Part shown: in pieces, positions 15,361-23,894 of the stretch | Numbering within the stretch: the first letter of the stretch is position 1 | How the letters are laid out: each line of letters starts with the position of its first letter | Origin: Bacillota bacterium | Lineage (GTDB): Bacteria > Bacillota > Clostridia > RUG12999 | Direction of reading: 5' to 3' | Length of the DNA stretch: 46,255 nucleotides | Assembly: GCA_030705675.1 (NCBI GenBank) | Contig: JAUZPZ010000002.1 | Location: 1 to 46,255, forward strand | Position numbers and translations under genes: made by a program | The notes under the pieces: model-generated | The model's input: only the letters and a program-made list of their open reading frames with translations | Databases searched by the model: none | Told to the model about the DNA's origin: nothing

Positions 15361-15392
15361 AAAATAAAAAAAGAGGGGCGTAATGCCCCTCT
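15361..15392 (-). terminator. Rho-independent terminator (minus-strand orientation)
   Basis: AGAGGGGC/GCCCCTCT 8-bp stem; on the minus strand the T-run follows the stem. Confidence 0.6.
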
Positions 15393-15534
15393 AATCTTAG
15401 CTTGCTTTACTCGGTAAATATGCCTGCGGATTATCAAGAATAGCTTTTACGTTTTCCAATGCCTTTTATATATTATTCTGCTGCCGATCAGCTATACCAT
15501 GCACATAAAATTAAAGTTTCCTGAATAGCGGGGG

Positions 15535-15571
15535 AAATAAAAAAGCGGGGCGTAAAGCCCCGCTTTTTTTA
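15535..15571. terminator. Bidirectional rho-independent terminator
   Basis: AGCGGGGC/GCCCCGCT 8-bp stem flanked by an A-run and a T-run. Confidence 0.8.
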
Positions 15572-15574
15572 TGG

Positions 15575-15904
15575 TTATTCATCTGATCTATCTGATTTTG
15601 AAAAAAGATATCCAACAATTCCCGCTACAATAAATTTTAAGACTTCGAACAAAGGAACTTTTAACTCACTACTCGAATGAAAAAATGTATCGAATACAAA
15701 CATAGCTCCAAGAATTGCAAGACATATGTATAACATCCTACGGGCTTGTCCTTCGCAGAAAAGCCTCATTTTTTGTGCTGGAGTTAAAGCATCTTTAATT
15801 GTGGGATTCAGCATTGGATAGTTGTCTGGTGGTATATCAATGCCTTCATGCTCTTCGCAAGGAATAACTTGAGATTTTTCTTCGGCAACCAATATTAAAC
15901 CCAA
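15575..15904 (-). CDS. Small two-TM membrane protein; candidate toxin partner of the Panacea protein
   Basis: Overlaps the upstream gene by 10 nt. An acidic N-terminus is followed by two hydrophobic helices. The start is uncertain (TTG at 15904 or ATG at 15814). Confidence 0.55.
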   Translation of the reverse strand: MGLILVAEEKSQVIPCEEHEGIDIPPDNYPMLNPTIKDALTPAQKMRLFCEGQARRMLYICLAILGAMFVFDTFFHSSSELKVPLFEVLKFIVAGIVGYLFSKSDRSDE

Positions 15905-16341
15905 CTTTCTGATTTAATATCTTCATCATTTAAGAACAATTCTCCTTTAAGATTTGCTTTATCCCAAGCGCTTCCAGCTTGATGAGTTTTAGATGAAAGT
16001 TGAATCGCCCCTTCATCTTTATATCTATCCCAAATTTGATTTATTACTTGAGAAAAAGCGGAATTTCCTCTCAAATCATAAACTTTTGCTTTTCCTTCTT
16101 CACCGATGTAATAATTAAGGATAGGGCTTGCGCAATAATGCTTAAAACAATTGTAAACGCATGAAAGAACAGGGCCGTATTTCCATGCTTCAAATCGCTC
16201 CGAGAATAATGGATTCCCAGTACGTTTTAAATATTCCCGATACACTAAATAAATCAACTTTTGCAGTTTCATTGGCGTTACAGGAATATTATCTTGGAAT
16301 GCTCTTTGCAAAATGGTATTAGATATCAATAATACATCCAT
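15895..16341 (-). CDS. Panacea / DUF4065-domain protein (SocA/PanA-like antitoxin candidate)
   Basis: PMKLQKLIYLVYREYLKRTGNPLFSERFEAWKYGPVLSCVY matches the DUF4065 core. AAGGAGG RBS before the ATG at 16341. Confidence 0.75.
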   Translation of the reverse strand: MDVLLISNTILQRAFQDNIPVTPMKLQKLIYLVYREYLKRTGNPLFSERFEAWKYGPVLSCVYNCFKHYCASPILNYYIGEEGKAKVYDLRGNSAFSQVINQIWDRYKDEGAIQLSSKTHQAGSAWDKANLKGELFLNDEDIKSESWV

Positions 16342-16381
16342 AATATATTCCTCCTTATAAAACAAGCTTAATTTCATTAAC

Positions 16382-16410
16382 ATCTTACCAAGATTAGCCA
16401 TGAAAATCAA
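16382..16410 (-). promoter_or_regulatory. Promoter TTGATT-17-TAAGAT for the Panacea cassette
   Basis: -35 at 16405-16410 and -10 at 16382-16387 on the minus strand, just downstream of the lysis terminator. Confidence 0.55.
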
Positions 16411-16456
16411 TACCCCGTATTATTGTATGCAAAAATTTGTTTGATAGATTGTGAGC

Positions 16457-16499
16457 AAAAAAAATAAAAAAAGCCGTCACGTATATTTCACGTGACGGC
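16457..16499 (-). terminator. Strong rho-independent terminator closing the lysis cassette
   Basis: GCCGTCACGT/ACGTGACGGC 10-bp stem followed by a long T-run on the minus strand. Confidence 0.85.
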
Positions 16500-16517
16500 C
16501 CTCTCTTATTCTACCCG

Positions 16518-17021
16518 TTATTTTAATCTCGTCTTGAACGCCGCCCAAGCTGCCGGGTTGTTGACATACGGCGCTGGGCAGATTTTACCCATTACGTCAT
16601 AGTGGCGAATGACGTGATCGACGGGAATGCCGTACTTCGTCATAAGTTCCTTTGTCAGCGCCTCGGCCTGGTAAATTGTCGCGTCGTCAAAATACCAATT
16701 GCCTTTACTGTCGATATGGCAGCACATTTCAATGCCTATGCTGTTTGAATTGCGGCAGAAAGGATGCTTGTACTTTTTCGCCCCGCAGTGCCACGCGGTA
16801 TTTTCCGGCGCCACGCTTTGATATACCGCGGCGTTTTCACCTTTATGCCCGACAAAGAAATGCGCCGACGCCTGACGGTCCGGGTGATTGTGATAATATT
16901 GCACGTTTTGCAAAGCGGTTCCGGTGCCGCCTGTGTAGTGAATCACTATGTATTCAATTTTTCGAGGCCGCCCAGGCGTGTAAAATCCCGTTTTGCAGGG
17001 ATAGCTTTTATTTATATTCAT
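16518..17021 (-). CDS. Endolysin, N-acetylmuramoyl-L-alanine amidase (Amidase_2/PGRP type)
   Basis: YIVIHYTGG...ASAHFFV...TAWHCG...NSIGIEMC zinc-amidase motifs. No wall-binding domain is apparent. Confidence 0.9.
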   Translation of the reverse strand: MNINKSYPCKTGFYTPGRPRKIEYIVIHYTGGTGTALQNVQYYHNHPDRQASAHFFVGHKGENAAVYQSVAPENTAWHCGAKKYKHPFCRNSNSIGIEMCCHIDSKGNWYFDDATIYQAEALTKELMTKYGIPVDHVIRHYDVMGKICPAPYVNNPAAWAAFKTRLK

Positions 17022-17081
17022 ACGCCCTCCGCTTCCTCTCCGTCTGTTCCCATATCGTCTGGATCAGGATCATCAAAATAT

Positions 17082-17324
17082 TTATTCATTAGGGCTATCC
17101 TCCTTCTTGCCGTCAGATACCCCCGCGGTCGTGGGGTCGATAATAACGCCGAGGCCCGCAAGCAGCGTCAAGGCAATTGATACGGCCTGCATGACATTGT
17201 CTTGAGATACGGGCGGTACTACGTCGAACATGCCTAGTACGGTATATCCGAACGCCACTACCGCCGAAATAAAGGTAAGAAGCCATGCCTTGTTTTTGAA
17301 ACGTGCTTTCCAGTTAATTTTCAT
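17082..17324 (-). CDS. Holin (phi LC3-like family)
   Basis: MKINWKARFKNKAWLLTFISAVVAF with two TM helices; 80 aa; directly upstream of the endolysin. Confidence 0.8.
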   Translation of the reverse strand: MKINWKARFKNKAWLLTFISAVVAFGYTVLGMFDVVPPVSQDNVMQAVSIALTLLAGLGVIIDPTTAGVSDGKKEDSPNE

Positions 17325-17327
17325 TTT

Positions 17328-17600
17328 TTATTCTCCTCTCGTTTTTTCAATTCGATTTATTCTTAAATGTGCTTGCTTTGCCGATTCTTCAACTGCCGTC
17401 AGCCGTTCTCCATGCTCTTGCAGCTTGGCTAATATCGTTGCGGTTTGCTTGCTTCCCTCTATGAGCTGGTCAAGCTTTGTGTTTACTGTGCCTTTCCATT
17501 CCCCATCATTTGCAATTTTTTTATCCCGCCCCGATAACCACCCGCCCAGCCCTATAAAGCAACCTACAATTGCAATTAATAAACTGATTTCCACTGTCAT
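17328..17600 (-). CDS. Membrane-anchored coiled-coil protein (XhlA-like lysis accessory)
   Basis: N-terminal TM helix plus a coiled coil; 90 aa; located in the lysis cassette. Confidence 0.5.
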   Translation of the reverse strand: MTVEISLLIAIVGCFIGLGGWLSGRDKKIANDGEWKGTVNTKLDQLIEGSKQTATILAKLQEHGERLTAVEESAKQAHLRINRIEKTRGE

Positions 17601-17621
17601 GTCATTCCCGCCTTTTGTTGT

Positions 17622-17648
17622 AAATTAAAAGGAGCGCCGAAGCGCCCC
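17622..17648 (-). terminator. Rho-independent terminator after the 1304-aa gene
   Basis: GGGGCGC-TTCG-GCGCTCC hairpin followed by TTTTAATTT on the minus strand. Confidence 0.65.
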
Positions 17649-20600
17649 TTACTTAAATGGGTTATTTGCCGATTTCCAACTTGAATTTTGCAGCTGCCAT
17701 AAAACGGCTTTTTTGTCTTTAGGCAAATTAGTTTTGCTGAGTGCTTGCTCGGCTTCTTTCTGCGTAACGCTTCCGTTTTTGTTTAAGTCAAAGCTTGTTT
17801 GAGCTAAGGAATAAGCCGTTTTTTGATTGATTCCTGCGGTCTGATACTTTGAAACTTTGTCCGCAAGCGTTTTGTTGTTGTAAAGATCAAGCTCCATTTC
17901 GTTACGTTTTGTTCCGCGTTCGTTTGCTGCTTTTGCAATTTCGATATTTTTAAGCTTAATGGCCCGTTGAATATCGTCTTTTTTAAGCGAAACATTGATA
18001 CCGTAACCAGACAGAATTTTTTTGTCGTCTGACGTAACATTACCCGAATTTACACGCATAGCAATTTTGTTAAGATCAGACATTTCATTGCTTGCTTTTG
18101 CATAAGCGCTTTTGACTTTTTCTTCAAGAGTGCTGATTTTTGGGTCAAGTTTTCCGATTAGGTTTTTGTCGGTTGCCTTTTGCTGTGCTTTGTCGTAGTT
18201 GTCGTAAAAATCAGTAATTGTTTGGTTGCTATACGCGGGGTCAGAAGTAAAGTTTGTTGTAACGGCTTTAAGCGGATCCCCGCCTTGCGTAGTGGCCGGC
18301 AATCCCAACTGCCCGACAATTCCGGTATAAGACCTGATTAAATAGTCTAACTGTTTTGGAGATAAGTCTGCTCCGGCTTGCTTTGCGTATTTTGCAATTG
18401 CTTTTGAAACTTCGCTGGATTTTTCGTCGTACTGCAAATATTTTGATCGGCCATCCATTACCATTCCTTGCGGCACTATGGCTCGTCCTGCAAAATCTTT
18501 GTTTGAAGGAATGTTGTAGGCAATGGGGGAAAGCAAGTTGTTTTCAATTGGGTTTGTCGGGGCAAAGTTAGTAGCAATGGTATTCCCATACCCTTTGAAT
18601 GGCTGAGATTCTCCGCTTGCCGCATTTATTGACCTTTCAAAGAGTGAACCAAACAACACGCCTAATTCTCTGGATTTTGGTATTTTTATAAACGTTGTGT
18701 CGTCTGCCGGTTTTGTGCCGTTCCATTTTGTAGGTATTAAATAATAATTATCTTTTGTACGGTTGTCTAGCTCTTTATAAGCTTTGGAATCCTTATTAAT
18801 AAGATATAAGCCTACAGTTGGAGCGGTTATACTGATGCCTCCTTTTGCCAAAGTGCTAATTGCTGTTTTTGGGTTTTCAAAACCTTTGCGCAGTTTATCA
18901 ATGCCCTGTATACCGGCGTTTAAATACGGAACACCGTTTTTATCTAGTGCTTTAGTTACGCTGCCGCCCCTTGCGAAATTGACAGTAACATCGTTTGCAG
19001 CGTTCAAAGCTTTTTCAATATCGCCAGTTTTATTAAGTATTCTATTGAATTCCGCAAGTCTTGGGGCTGATTCCGTGGCGTTGTTGAGCGTTTCAACTGC
19101 ATTTCCTATTTTATTAAAAACGTTTGGTTTTTTAGTTAATTGTTCAGCCGCTTTTTCAGCTTGCGATGGAGAAAAAAAGTTTGACATACCTCCGCCTAAT
19201 GCGCGATATCGCTGATACGCTTCGCTGTTGGTGGCAATGTCCTTAACAGCTTTTCCGTATTCTGCGGAAAATTTTAACGGGTTAGATTCACTTCCGAAAA
19301 CATACGCGGTAGGCAAGTCTCTTGCAACATTTCGCACTGCAAACAAAGGATTTTTCTGTGTGATTAATGACTTGAACGCTTGCGTTCCTTGCGACAACCC
19401 TTTAATACTTGGTGCTGATTTAGGTAATCCTTTCAATGAATCAAGCAATGCCTTATTGTTGATTTTTAGATATACCGGCTTTCCTTTTTCCATAACCGTT
19501 ACAATGTTGTCAACGTTACTAAACATGCCCTCTTTTGCCGGTATTTCTTCTGCATATTTTTTTAACATTTCAGAATTTTTTCTTATCGAAGAAAGCAAAG
19601 ATTGTCCGACCTCATTGTATTTAGCCGACTGAACAGTTCGATTGACAAGATTCATAATATTTTCTATAGGATTATTAATGTCTCTTGCGGATCCGGTTGC
19701 TTTTTTGATTGGGCTGTTTACGTCAACAAATTGTTTTTTTACGCTTGCCGGAATGCCTTTTTCAAGTTCGCTAAATTCTCTTTGCGTCGGTACATAGCTT
19801 TTGTACTTATTGCGTAACTCACTGTAAATAGTTTCGTCAATTGTACCGGCATTAACGCCCCATTCTTTTGTAAAACTGTCTAGCCATTGTGTTATGTTGT
19901 CTCCAATGTTTTTGTATTCAGGGCGCGAAGATTCAATCGCGTTAACTGCTTTCTGAGACATTTCAGAAGTATAGTTTGCAATAACGTTTTTACCCTCTCT
20001 TGCCCTGTCGATGTTATGCCGCTGCATCATGTAATCCCAAAAATCCTGCTCTTGATTTTTTGGAATTTTATTTACAACTTCTTTTAATGAACTGCCTATT
20101 TTATTGCCTTGCCTGTTTACTAAAGCATCATTGAAAATATAATCTATAACCCCGTTTGAATTTCTGGAATTTGAGGCCAATAACGCCGTGCGGTCTTTTG
20201 CTTCTTTTGAAAAATTAGCAATAGGAGTTTGCGTGTCAACAAATTTTGAAGATAAAGATTCTAAAGTATTATTAATATTCAATTTTCCTTTTGGGGTTTT
20301 TAGCACAACTTTATTTAACGTTTCCGGGAGTGCTTCTTCTGCTTGCCCTAACGCTTGTACAGCCGATTTTTGCGGTATAGGGGTATAATTATCCGTTTTG
20401 GGCGTTGTAGGCTCTAAAGCGTTTTTAACGGGGTTTACATTGGTGTCTGCCGCTTGCGAGTTGCGCATAAGGTTCATCATCTTGCCGCTTGCCAATTCTT
20501 TGTTGACTGACGGTAAGCCTAAAGACTGTCTGGTTTTATCCAAAAGCGGGTTGTAGGTTTCATCGGGCTTAAAGTCTTTTGTGAGGACTTTAATAGAACC

Positions 20601-21563
20601 GTCTGTAGCTTCCGGCAATTTCGGAATTTCTTTTGTTTTAGGCTCTAATACAGTTTTTGCCGCCGTCTTTTTGCCTATGTAATCGTCAAGCTTTGCCCCT
20701 ATAAGATTACCGGCTAAGTTAATGCCCTGGTCGACTAAAACGTCTTTGCCGATCTGCTTTGCGTTTTTCTTTTCGCTTATCCCGTTTAGAATGGTTAACG
20801 GTGTTGAAATAGCTGTGTCCGCAAGCTGACCGCCGACAACATTTCTTACAACAGGGTTTGCAATTTTCTGCAAAGCAGGAAGACTTTGCACAGCTTTTCC
20901 GACTGTGCCGTACAATGCTCCGGTTTTTGCCAGCTCTCCGGTTAAATTACCCGCTATGGATGCTGCCGGGTTTTGTGTCTGTGAACCCTTAAATAAGGAA
21001 CCGTTTTGCTTAATCTCGTTTGCTTGTTTCTGTGCCTCTTTTTCAAGCGGTGTGTTTTTATATACATTTTCCCTAATCCCGGACGTCGCCTTAGCAAGCT
21101 TGGATAATCCCATCGAATCTAAAAGATTCCCGGTAAAAGAAGCAACAGGGCTAATTTTGTTATTAAGCTTAAGCATCGTAGAGTTTTTATCCCAATATGC
21201 CGCGTCTAGATTGTTGTTTTTGACGTTTCGCATATCGGAACGGTATTTATTCAGCAATTGTTTAGATTCCTGAACCTCTGAGCCGGAAAGCTTAACGTCT
21301 GGAGAAGCTAAATACTTTGCCCTAGATAAATCTTTTTCGGTTGCAGTTTGCGGTTTAGGGTTTGTCGGTTTTGGGGTCGCTGCTGCATTGACAACCTTTT
21401 CGTGCTGCTGATACATTTTTGAAAAGTCGGGGGATTTTACTTCTGGTTGCGCTGTATTTATTTTTGCCCCTCGGCTTGCAGCAATTTCATCCCATGTCAA
21501 GGACTTATTTGAACTTTTAATATTTCCGGACGACCTGCTTTGTTTGATTTGATCCCACGTCAT
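17649..21563 (-). CDS. Very large virion-associated protein (internal/ejection or tail protein; function unknown)
   Basis: 1304 aa; last gene of the structural block. C-terminal EF-hand-like loop DLNKNGSVTQKE at 17754-17789. Confidence 0.55.
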   Translation of the reverse strand: MTWDQIKQSRSSGNIKSSNKSLTWDEIAASRGAKINTAQPEVKSPDFSKMYQQHEKVVNAAATPKPTNPKPQTATEKDLSRAKYLASPDVKLSGSEVQESKQLLNKYRSDMRNVKNNNLDAAYWDKNSTMLKLNNKISPVASFTGNLLDSMGLSKLAKATSGIRENVYKNTPLEKEAQKQANEIKQNGSLFKGSQTQNPAASIAGNLTGELAKTGALYGTVGKAVQSLPALQKIANPVVRNVVGGQLADTAISTPLTILNGISEKKNAKQIGKDVLVDQGINLAGNLIGAKLDDYIGKKTAAKTVLEPKTKEIPKLPEATDGSIKVLTKDFKPDETYNPLLDKTRQSLGLPSVNKELASGKMMNLMRNSQAADTNVNPVKNALEPTTPKTDNYTPIPQKSAVQALGQAEEALPETLNKVVLKTPKGKLNINNTLESLSSKFVDTQTPIANFSKEAKDRTALLASNSRNSNGVIDYIFNDALVNRQGNKIGSSLKEVVNKIPKNQEQDFWDYMMQRHNIDRAREGKNVIANYTSEMSQKAVNAIESSRPEYKNIGDNITQWLDSFTKEWGVNAGTIDETIYSELRNKYKSYVPTQREFSELEKGIPASVKKQFVDVNSPIKKATGSARDINNPIENIMNLVNRTVQSAKYNEVGQSLLSSIRKNSEMLKKYAEEIPAKEGMFSNVDNIVTVMEKGKPVYLKINNKALLDSLKGLPKSAPSIKGLSQGTQAFKSLITQKNPLFAVRNVARDLPTAYVFGSESNPLKFSAEYGKAVKDIATNSEAYQRYRALGGGMSNFFSPSQAEKAAEQLTKKPNVFNKIGNAVETLNNATESAPRLAEFNRILNKTGDIEKALNAANDVTVNFARGGSVTKALDKNGVPYLNAGIQGIDKLRKGFENPKTAISTLAKGGISITAPTVGLYLINKDSKAYKELDNRTKDNYYLIPTKWNGTKPADDTTFIKIPKSRELGVLFGSLFERSINAASGESQPFKGYGNTIATNFAPTNPIENNLLSPIAYNIPSNKDFAGRAIVPQGMVMDGRSKYLQYDEKSSEVSKAIAKYAKQAGADLSPKQLDYLIRSYTGIVGQLGLPATTQGGDPLKAVTTNFTSDPAYSNQTITDFYDNYDKAQQKATDKNLIGKLDPKISTLEEKVKSAYAKASNEMSDLNKIAMRVNSGNVTSDDKKILSGYGINVSLKKDDIQRAIKLKNIEIAKAANERGTKRNEMELDLYNNKTLADKVSKYQTAGINQKTAYSLAQTSFDLNKNGSVTQKEAEQALSKTNLPKDKKAVLWQLQNSSWKSANNPFK

Positions 21564-21574
21564 AGGTGCGCCTC

Positions 21575-22852
21575 CTATTTGCTAAGTAAGCTTTGAGCGT
21601 ATTTTAATTCAGCGTTTGTCATGTACGGTGCGTTTTCCTTTAACCAAGCTTCCTTGTCAGGTGCTTGGCTCATCGCGGAATAAATAGCGGGAAAAGTATT
21701 GTTTGACGCGCTGCTTGAGCTTGCAGCCGCTTTCTGATTAGACAATGAAATTTTTTGCTGATCTAATCTTGCTTGAATTTTGTCTATGTCGTAATCAGCC
21801 GCCATAGTTCCGGGTTTTATGCCAAGCAGCGTTTGAAGTATCGCGGGGGAATACCCGGAGATCTTCCACGCCGACAGCCCGTTTTCAATGGCGGTCTGCG
21901 TTGCTTCCGTCGCCGCCGCCGTTGCTTTTTCTTCTGCCGCCTTCTGGTTTGCCTGTGAAGTTGCTATCTTTTGATTTCTGGCCGATTGTAAATAAGGTAT
22001 CTGCCAATCGTTTGAAGGGTCGTTGTCATTTGTCAGCGTATTAATTCGAGCTTGATAATCATTTGAATAAGCACCGAGAGTACTTAACACGTCGTTTCTA
22101 TCTTGTTCTTGCTGTTTCTGCTGCAATCCCATAGCGGTCTTAAACGCGTCTATCTTTGTATTATATACATCTGAGCTGATTCCCTGCTCTACTGCTGCTT
22201 CATCGGATATTTGCTGTGATTGGAGATTAGCCAACGCTGCTGCTATGGCTTGATTTTGGTTTGCTTCGTAAGTATCTACATTATTACGCCCTGTTCCTCT
22301 AGCCGCCGCCAAAGCGACTTGTCCGCTTATATTTTCGCCGCCTCGCTGCCCTCCGGCCTCCATTGCTTTATAAAGTTCGGGAAGGCCCTGTGTGTAGTAT
22401 TGCGTGTCGACTTGATTCCTTAAATTTGTTGCGTCCTGCGCTATACCTGATTTCTGAGATTCAAGGTTTGTTTTCTGCTGATCGTAAGCGGATCGGAGGC
22501 TTGCTAACTGGCTGTCCGTCTGCGTTGTTTTGTAATCGTTAATGGTTTTGTTTATGCCGTCCATGTAATTGTCTGCATAACCGGTTTTTGCGGTGGTTTG
22601 GTAGGTTATAGCTTTTTGCTTTGGGTCAACTATATTATTTGCATTGGTGCTTGGTGATTTGGTCTTTGTATCGTCTGCATATTTTCCTGTGTACGTGTTC
22701 GTGTTGACGCCCTTACTGACTAAACTTGATTTATAAGTGCCGTCCGAGTTAACACCAGTAATTTTGTATGTACCGCCTCCGGTGACAACAGTATCGTTTT
22801 TCTTTAACCCTGATTGCGCTTTTCCGGTTGTACCGACTTTATATACTGCCAT
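21575..22852 (-). CDS. Q/N/A-rich structural protein
   Basis: AAAGGAG RBS 8 nt before the ATG at 22852. Low-complexity, coiled-coil composition. Confidence 0.5.
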   Translation of the reverse strand: MAVYKVGTTGKAQSGLKKNDTVVTGGGTYKITGVNSDGTYKSSLVSKGVNTNTYTGKYADDTKTKSPSTNANNIVDPKQKAITYQTTAKTGYADNYMDGINKTINDYKTTQTDSQLASLRSAYDQQKTNLESQKSGIAQDATNLRNQVDTQYYTQGLPELYKAMEAGGQRGGENISGQVALAAARGTGRNNVDTYEANQNQAIAAALANLQSQQISDEAAVEQGISSDVYNTKIDAFKTAMGLQQKQQEQDRNDVLSTLGAYSNDYQARINTLTNDNDPSNDWQIPYLQSARNQKIATSQANQKAAEEKATAAATEATQTAIENGLSAWKISGYSPAILQTLLGIKPGTMAADYDIDKIQARLDQQKISLSNQKAAASSSSASNNTFPAIYSAMSQAPDKEAWLKENAPYMTNAELKYAQSLLSK

Positions 22853-22920
22853 TAAAATCACTCCTTTTTAAACATAAAAAAAGAACCCTTAAAAGAGTCC
22901 TTTAATATTTATCTTGTGTT

Positions 22921-22955
22921 ATAAAAGCGAAGAACGCTTGCTCCAACAAGCGTTC
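22921..22955 (-). terminator. Rho-independent terminator downstream of the protease gene
   Basis: GAACGCTTG/CAAGCGTTC 9-bp stem followed by TTCGCTTTTAT on the minus strand. Confidence 0.65.
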
Positions 22956-23056
22956 CAAGTAGCCACACAAAGGAGAGGGGAAACCCTCTTCTTTTATTTT
23001 GTTACTTATATTATACCCAATTTACAGTAAATTGCATCAATTTTTGAAAATTTTAT

Positions 23057-23842
23057 TTAGCTTGCAAGAGATTCACGAATGGCGTTGATTGGGACGATGT
23101 CGCTTCTTGTAACGTCATCTCCACTTTGCACAATTCCAATTAATTCACCTTTGCAATTAAAACATGCACCTCCGGAACTACCTTCTTTAGTTAACGCCGA
23201 TGTTGTAAAACCGGATATTCCATTAATAGATGCAAATTGCAATACTTTGCCACTTGCTACCACATTCTTATCGTTCTTCGGGCAGCTCACAACATAAACC
23301 TTATCGCCTATGCTTACTTCGTCCGAATCTCCGATTTTGACCGGCTTTACGTCTTTATATGGAGGGGTTAAGACGGCCGCGTCTTTGTTCTCTGCCGTAT
23401 CGGTAAGTTTACACGCATTCGCTTTTACGCTGTCGTCATAATATATTTTGAATGTACTCGCGTTATTGACTTCGTGGAAACAAGTCAAAACTTCGTCGTA
23501 ATCAATCAGAACGCCGGAGCCTTGCGCAATAAATTCGCCTTTCTGGTCTTTCCCGGAAGCTTCCACCAGCACACAGCTATCTTTCAGCTTGTCCAGATCA
23601 ATCGTGTCAATGTTTACCTGTTTCCCATCCCATTCGATAGGCACGTCCAAAGCCTCGGAAACGGCCCTCAGAGGCAACATTGTGCGGCCTTGGTAATTCA
23701 TCGGCACAGCGTCCGTAAACGCCATAGGCTGCCCGTTTACGACAATAGGATAGCTCACGCCGGACAGCGTGTATTGCGTAGCCGCTAAAGCCGTCGTAGC
23801 AAATATGAATATAAAGAATAAAGTTAAAAACCGTTTTTTCAT
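23057..23842 (-). CDS. Secreted trypsin-like (S1) serine protease with an N-terminal copper-amine-oxidase-like stalk domain
   Basis: Signal peptide MKKRFLTLFFIFIFATTALA. GRTMLPLRAVSEALDVPIEWDG (Cu_amine_oxidN1-like). Catalytic triad candidates CFHEV, DAAVL and GSSGG. Confidence 0.75.
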   Translation of the reverse strand: MKKRFLTLFFIFIFATTALAATQYTLSGVSYPIVVNGQPMAFTDAVPMNYQGRTMLPLRAVSEALDVPIEWDGKQVNIDTIDLDKLKDSCVLVEASGKDQKGEFIAQGSGVLIDYDEVLTCFHEVNNASTFKIYYDDSVKANACKLTDTAENKDAAVLTPPYKDVKPVKIGDSDEVSIGDKVYVVSCPKNDKNVVASGKVLQFASINGISGFTTSALTKEGSSGGACFNCKGELIGIVQSGDDVTRSDIVPINAIRESLAS

Positions 23843-23861
23843 GCTTTCACCTTCTGGATTT

Positions 23862-23891
23862 AGTATAACCACCAACTGGATATTTTGTCAA
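23862..23891 (-). promoter_or_regulatory. Promoter TTGACA-18-TATACT for the protease gene
   Basis: -35 at 23886-23891 and -10 at 23862-23867, immediately after the stop of the upstream fibre-like gene. Confidence 0.65.
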
Positions 23892-23894
23892 ATA

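Noticed and set aside
16342-16410. N-terminal extensions given by the ORF track. Examples: 16410 for the Panacea gene, 13980 for int, 44970 for DUF4406, 23875 for the protease, 11833 for HNH, 12336 for cro-like, 46097 for Ea22-like.
   Set aside because: In each case an internal start has a proper RBS and/or avoids a long overlap with the upstream gene. The extension also lacks homology-like sequence.
18784-19215. Numerous plus-strand ORFs of 60-190 aa lying antisense inside long minus-strand genes. Examples: 18784-19215, 19228-19632, 28882-29361, 31692-32135, 33893-34252, 34342-34911, 4811-5293, 7873-8397, 16652-17180.
   Set aside because: They lack RBS signals and are fully embedded opposite well-supported genes. 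Their sequences have the skewed composition typical of shadow frames.
17649-21563. Calling the 1304-aa protein a tape-measure protein.
   Set aside because: It lies after the fibre genes, at the end of the structural block. It is not preceded by a chaperone frameshift pair or tube gene. Its composition is not the uniform helical repeat typical of tape-measure proteins. It is left as unknown.
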